The notes below the pieces were generated by a model. That model ran no database searches. It was not told where the DNA came from and was given only the letters and a program-made list of their open reading frames with translations. A stretch of 64,000 bases of DNA from an uncultured Gammaproteobacteria bacterium (GTDB lineage Bacteria; Patescibacteriota; Microgenomatia; UBA8517), in assembly GCA_964610395.1 (NCBI GenBank), contig CAZSXP010000001.1:63342-127341 (forward strand). Reading direction: 5' to 3'. A program made the translations under genes and the position numbers. Positions within the stretch are counted from its first letter, which is position 1. Every line of letters starts with the position of its first letter. Positions 61,307-64,000 of this stretch are shown here, piece by piece.

Positions 61307-62522
61307 TCAAAAGATTCGGCTTATCGTACAACCCAGAGAAAACAACAGAAGCTATCTGTACGATTATCATTCACACATTGAAATTAATGAAAAAGAACAT
61401 CCGTTCGGGAAAGGCGGAGGAATAGACTTGGATCTTAAAATAGCAAAACTAAAAGCGACCTGTGAAGCTATCGAAAGATATGCAGGAAGTGTGATCCCAG
61501 ATCAGACATATATAAAAAGTTCATACAACGAAATTAAAAGCGAGGCAATCAATCCAAAAAGACTAATCGATTTTGATTCTTTGCAATATACAGAAGCTTT
61601 TCCATTCTCTAGATTTCGGCCAAATACCAAAATTGATTGGGTAAAGGCGTTTTCGGTAACGAAAAATAGGAATGTGTTAATTCCTGCTTCTGCAATTTTT
61701 CTCGGATATAATGCAATAATACCTAAAAAATTACGGTTATTTCCAACAACATCAAACGGTCTTGCTTTGGGGACTTCTGGAAAAGATGCTTTTAGAAGAG
61801 GTTTGTATGAATTAATTGAAAGGGATGCCGCTTTGACACTTTGGTATACACAGAGAATTCCCATTCGCGTTAATCTTGATTCGTTATCTAATTCAGACTT
61901 TCATTTTATTAAAAATAAAATCATAGATGAAGGTTTGATTCTCGAAGTTTGTATTTCCACTTTCGACATTCCAATCCCTTCCACAATCGCAATAATTAGA
62001 GATATAAAAGGATATCCTGCTTTTAGTGTTGGATTGGGATGTGATAATAATTTAGAGAAGGCTGTTTTTAAAGCAACAATGGAAGCTTTAATGGTAAGAA
62101 ATACACTTGAATTATTACCTAAAGATATGCGGGTAAATATTAAAATTAAAAGAAGAAGTGTAAAGAATTTTATGGATCATGCTCTGTATTATTCCACTCT
62201 GTCAAAAGAGAAAGTAATAAGAAAACTTTACTCTGGGAAAAAATTGACCATAGCTAAAATTAATTCCAAATTCGGGTTAAGTGAAAAGTATTCTGATTTA
62301 GATACCCTGATTGCTTTGTTCACCAGAAAGAACATGGAGATAATAAAATATGATTTAACCACCCCAATAATAAGTGATATGGGTTATTCGGTAGTAAAAA
62401 CAATAGTTCCTGAATTGCAACAAATGGATATTAGCTACGAAGCAAGATTCCTGAGAAGTAATAGGTTAACTGGTTTAGTTTCTTCTAAAAAAATAAATCC
62501 ATACCCACACCCGTTCGGGTGA
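61296..62522 (+). CDS. YcaO family protein
   Basis: EAIERY, SNGLALG and ELIERDA motifs; C-terminal PYPHPFG. Confidence 0.92.
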   Translation: MQNNQKIRLIVQPRENNRSYLYDYHSHIEINEKEHPFGKGGGIDLDLKIAKLKATCEAIERYAGSVIPDQTYIKSSYNEIKSEAINPKRLIDFDSLQYTEAFPFSRFRPNTKIDWVKAFSVTKNRNVLIPASAIFLGYNAIIPKKLRLFPTTSNGLALGTSGKDAFRRGLYELIERDAALTLWYTQRIPIRVNLDSLSNSDFHFIKNKIIDEGLILEVCISTFDIPIPSTIAIIRDIKGYPAFSVGLGCDNNLEKAVFKATMEALMVRNTLELLPKDMRVNIKIKRRSVKNFMDHALYYSTLSKEKVIRKLYSGKKLTIAKINSKFGLSEKYSDLDTLIALFTRKNMEIIKYDLTTPIISDMGYSVVKTIVPELQQMDISYEARFLRSNRLTGLVSSKKINPYPHPFG

Positions 62523-62548
62523 ACATCAATTTCAGTAGTAAGATAAAT

Positions 62549-62758
62549 TTAATTTCCAAATCGTCCCCTAACAGCTCTACCTTCTGTCTTGGTAACAATA
62601 TTTGTTTTTGTTAGATCTACTTCATCTAACAAATTTTCTGGTTTTTCAGCTTGAGAATCGAGAATAAAATTAGTGACACCAGTTGCTTCACAAGCAGATA
62701 ATCCTGCAGCAACACCTAAAGCTGTTGAAACTAAAACTTTATATGCTTCTTTTCTCAT
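62549..62758 (-). CDS. Short lipoprotein-like ORF, possibly truncated
   Basis: GLSAC lipobox-like; downstream of the duplicated promoter. Confidence 0.45.
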   Translation of the reverse strand: MRKEAYKVLVSTALGVAAGLSACEATGVTNFILDSQAEKPENLLDEVDLTKTNIVTKTEGRAVRGRFGN

Positions 62759-62779
62759 ATTATGTTTATCCTCTAATGT

Positions 62780-62804
62780 TACAGGATACTTCCCTGTTTG
62801 TCAA
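62780..62804 (-). repeat. 25-bp direct repeat containing a promoter, copy 2
   Basis: TTGACA-N17-TAACAT; matches 52504-52528. Confidence 0.85.
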
Positions 62805-62827
62805 CTATAGGCCACTATAGTCATTGT

Positions 62828-64000
62828 TTAGATTAAATCTCCAGTAATAATAGTTATTGGAGAAATTGAAACTATTTCGTCAATCATCTTATTTAAATCA
62901 TCTGAGGATACAGATAGCATTTCTTCTCTTATTTTATCTGCATCAATAATCTCACCATACATTTTTAATCCATGAGTGACCCAATCAAGTCTATCTTGAA
63001 CACTAAAAGGGGTAGCCAATTGTCTTTTATGCTCAAGCTCAACTGCATTTTTGGTAATTGTTTTAATTGAACTCAAAATTTCAGTAATTCCAGAATCCAA
63101 ATTCTTATTGTTATCTTTTTTAACATCAACTCTTAAATTAAGTATGGCTATGTTATCCGTTGGTCTTGCTATACCCACCTCTGTAAAATAACCCCAACCA
63201 TTTTTTCTCGAATAATTAAAAAGCTCTGTGGATATTATGTTTTTTAAGTATTTAAGTGAGAAATATTTTTTTGATCCAAATTTGTGTTTAAATAACCAGT
63301 TGAACTGATTAGTAATTATTCCATTCTTTATATTGGTATCAAACTTGTAATTATTTTCAACTTCTAATTCTGGATTTGTTTTCTCTAATAATTCAGTATC
63401 AATAATATTTTTTGGTTTATCAATCCTTGGAAAATCTAAATATTGATCTTTTAGTTTATCAATTAAATTTTTAAGTATTGAACGATCCCCTTCTGTGTAT
63501 ACACTTATTAAAAGATTTTTTGGTATTAAAATATTCTCTTGTATCTTTTTTAATTGGCTTATTGTAATTTTGTCTAAATCTTCTACTGATCCAGCAGTTG
63601 TTGATATGTCAGAAAATGGGTTTTTAGTATCGTAAATAGTTTTGCAGAAATTATTATCGATGTGATAATTATGATTTGTTGATCGACCTTGAATTTCTGA
63701 CTTAATGATATTTCTTTCGGTTTCAATATCCTTCACAACATCATCCAAATTGTTAAGTGGTGCCTCAAGTGACTTTCTTATTCCATCTAAAACTACCCAT
63801 AGTCCATAATCTACTACATTTGGATTTGCGATTCCTGAGATAGTTTCACGAGTTTCTTGTTTATTAGTTTGAGCAATTAATTTAAGTGAATTACGCTCAG
63901 CTAATAATCTTATCCTTTTATTGAAAAAATGTTCTAAAAAATGCACAGAGCCAGCAGGATTTCCATACGCACCTTCAGAAAATTCCCAATAAATTCTTGC
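62828..64000 (-). CDS. M16 family metallopeptidase, 5' end beyond window
   Basis: GSVHFLEH (HxxEH); frame open to the window end. Confidence 0.75.
   Translation of the reverse strand, partial: ARIYWEFSEGAYGNPAGSVHFLEHFFNKRIRLLAERNSLKLIAQTNKQETRETISGIANPNVVDYGLWVVLDGIRKSLEAPLNNLDDVVKDIETERNIIKSEIQGRSTNHNYHIDNNFCKTIYDTKNPFSDISTTAGSVEDLDKITISQLKKIQENILIPKNLLISVYTEGDRSILKNLIDKLKDQYLDFPRIDKPKNIIDTELLEKTNPELEVENNYKFDTNIKNGIITNQFNWLFKHKFGSKKYFSLKYLKNIISTELFNYSRKNGWGYFTEVGIARPTDNIAILNLRVDVKKDNNKNLDSGITEILSSIKTITKNAVELEHKRQLATPFSVQDRLDWVTHGLKMYGEIIDADKIREEMLSVSSDDLNKMIDEIVSISPITIITGDLI

Overview
AT-rich bacterial chromosomal segment. Gene content and style (streamlined PrfA, HisS and HolB, EF-P with an MGRG loop, leaderless promoters, a long type IV pilin array) point to a Patescibacteria/CPR (Microgenomates-like) genome; this assignment is inference. 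Positions 1-26 kb are mostly housekeeping: rpsR, ctpA, prfA, rpmE, hisS, dnaB, tRNA-Leu, efp, yebC, a Xer recombinase beside a dif-like site, gyrA, hppA, gyrB and holB. Positions 28-50 kb hold a type IV pilus locus (pilB, pilT, pilC, pilD, about 9 pilins and a TSP1-motif adhesin) interrupted by integrase-free cassettes, two of them clearly bounded by duplicated ends of pilus genes. One cassette is a YcaO/SagB RiPP cluster with a repetitive Cys/Ser precursor, flanked by a 232-bp duplication of the pilC 3' end. Positions 52.5-64 kb hold leuS, an aminopeptidase, an operon of a stand-alone GGDEF/Cas10-palm-like protein with PepE, MccF-like and methyltransferase genes, and a second RiPP cluster (unannotated 23-aa precursor, ThiF, YcaO) next to an M16 peptidase. 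Also present are two unannotated tandem Asp/Gly/Ser peptides facing another M16 peptidase, and many short perfect hairpins and heptamer repeats inside core genes.
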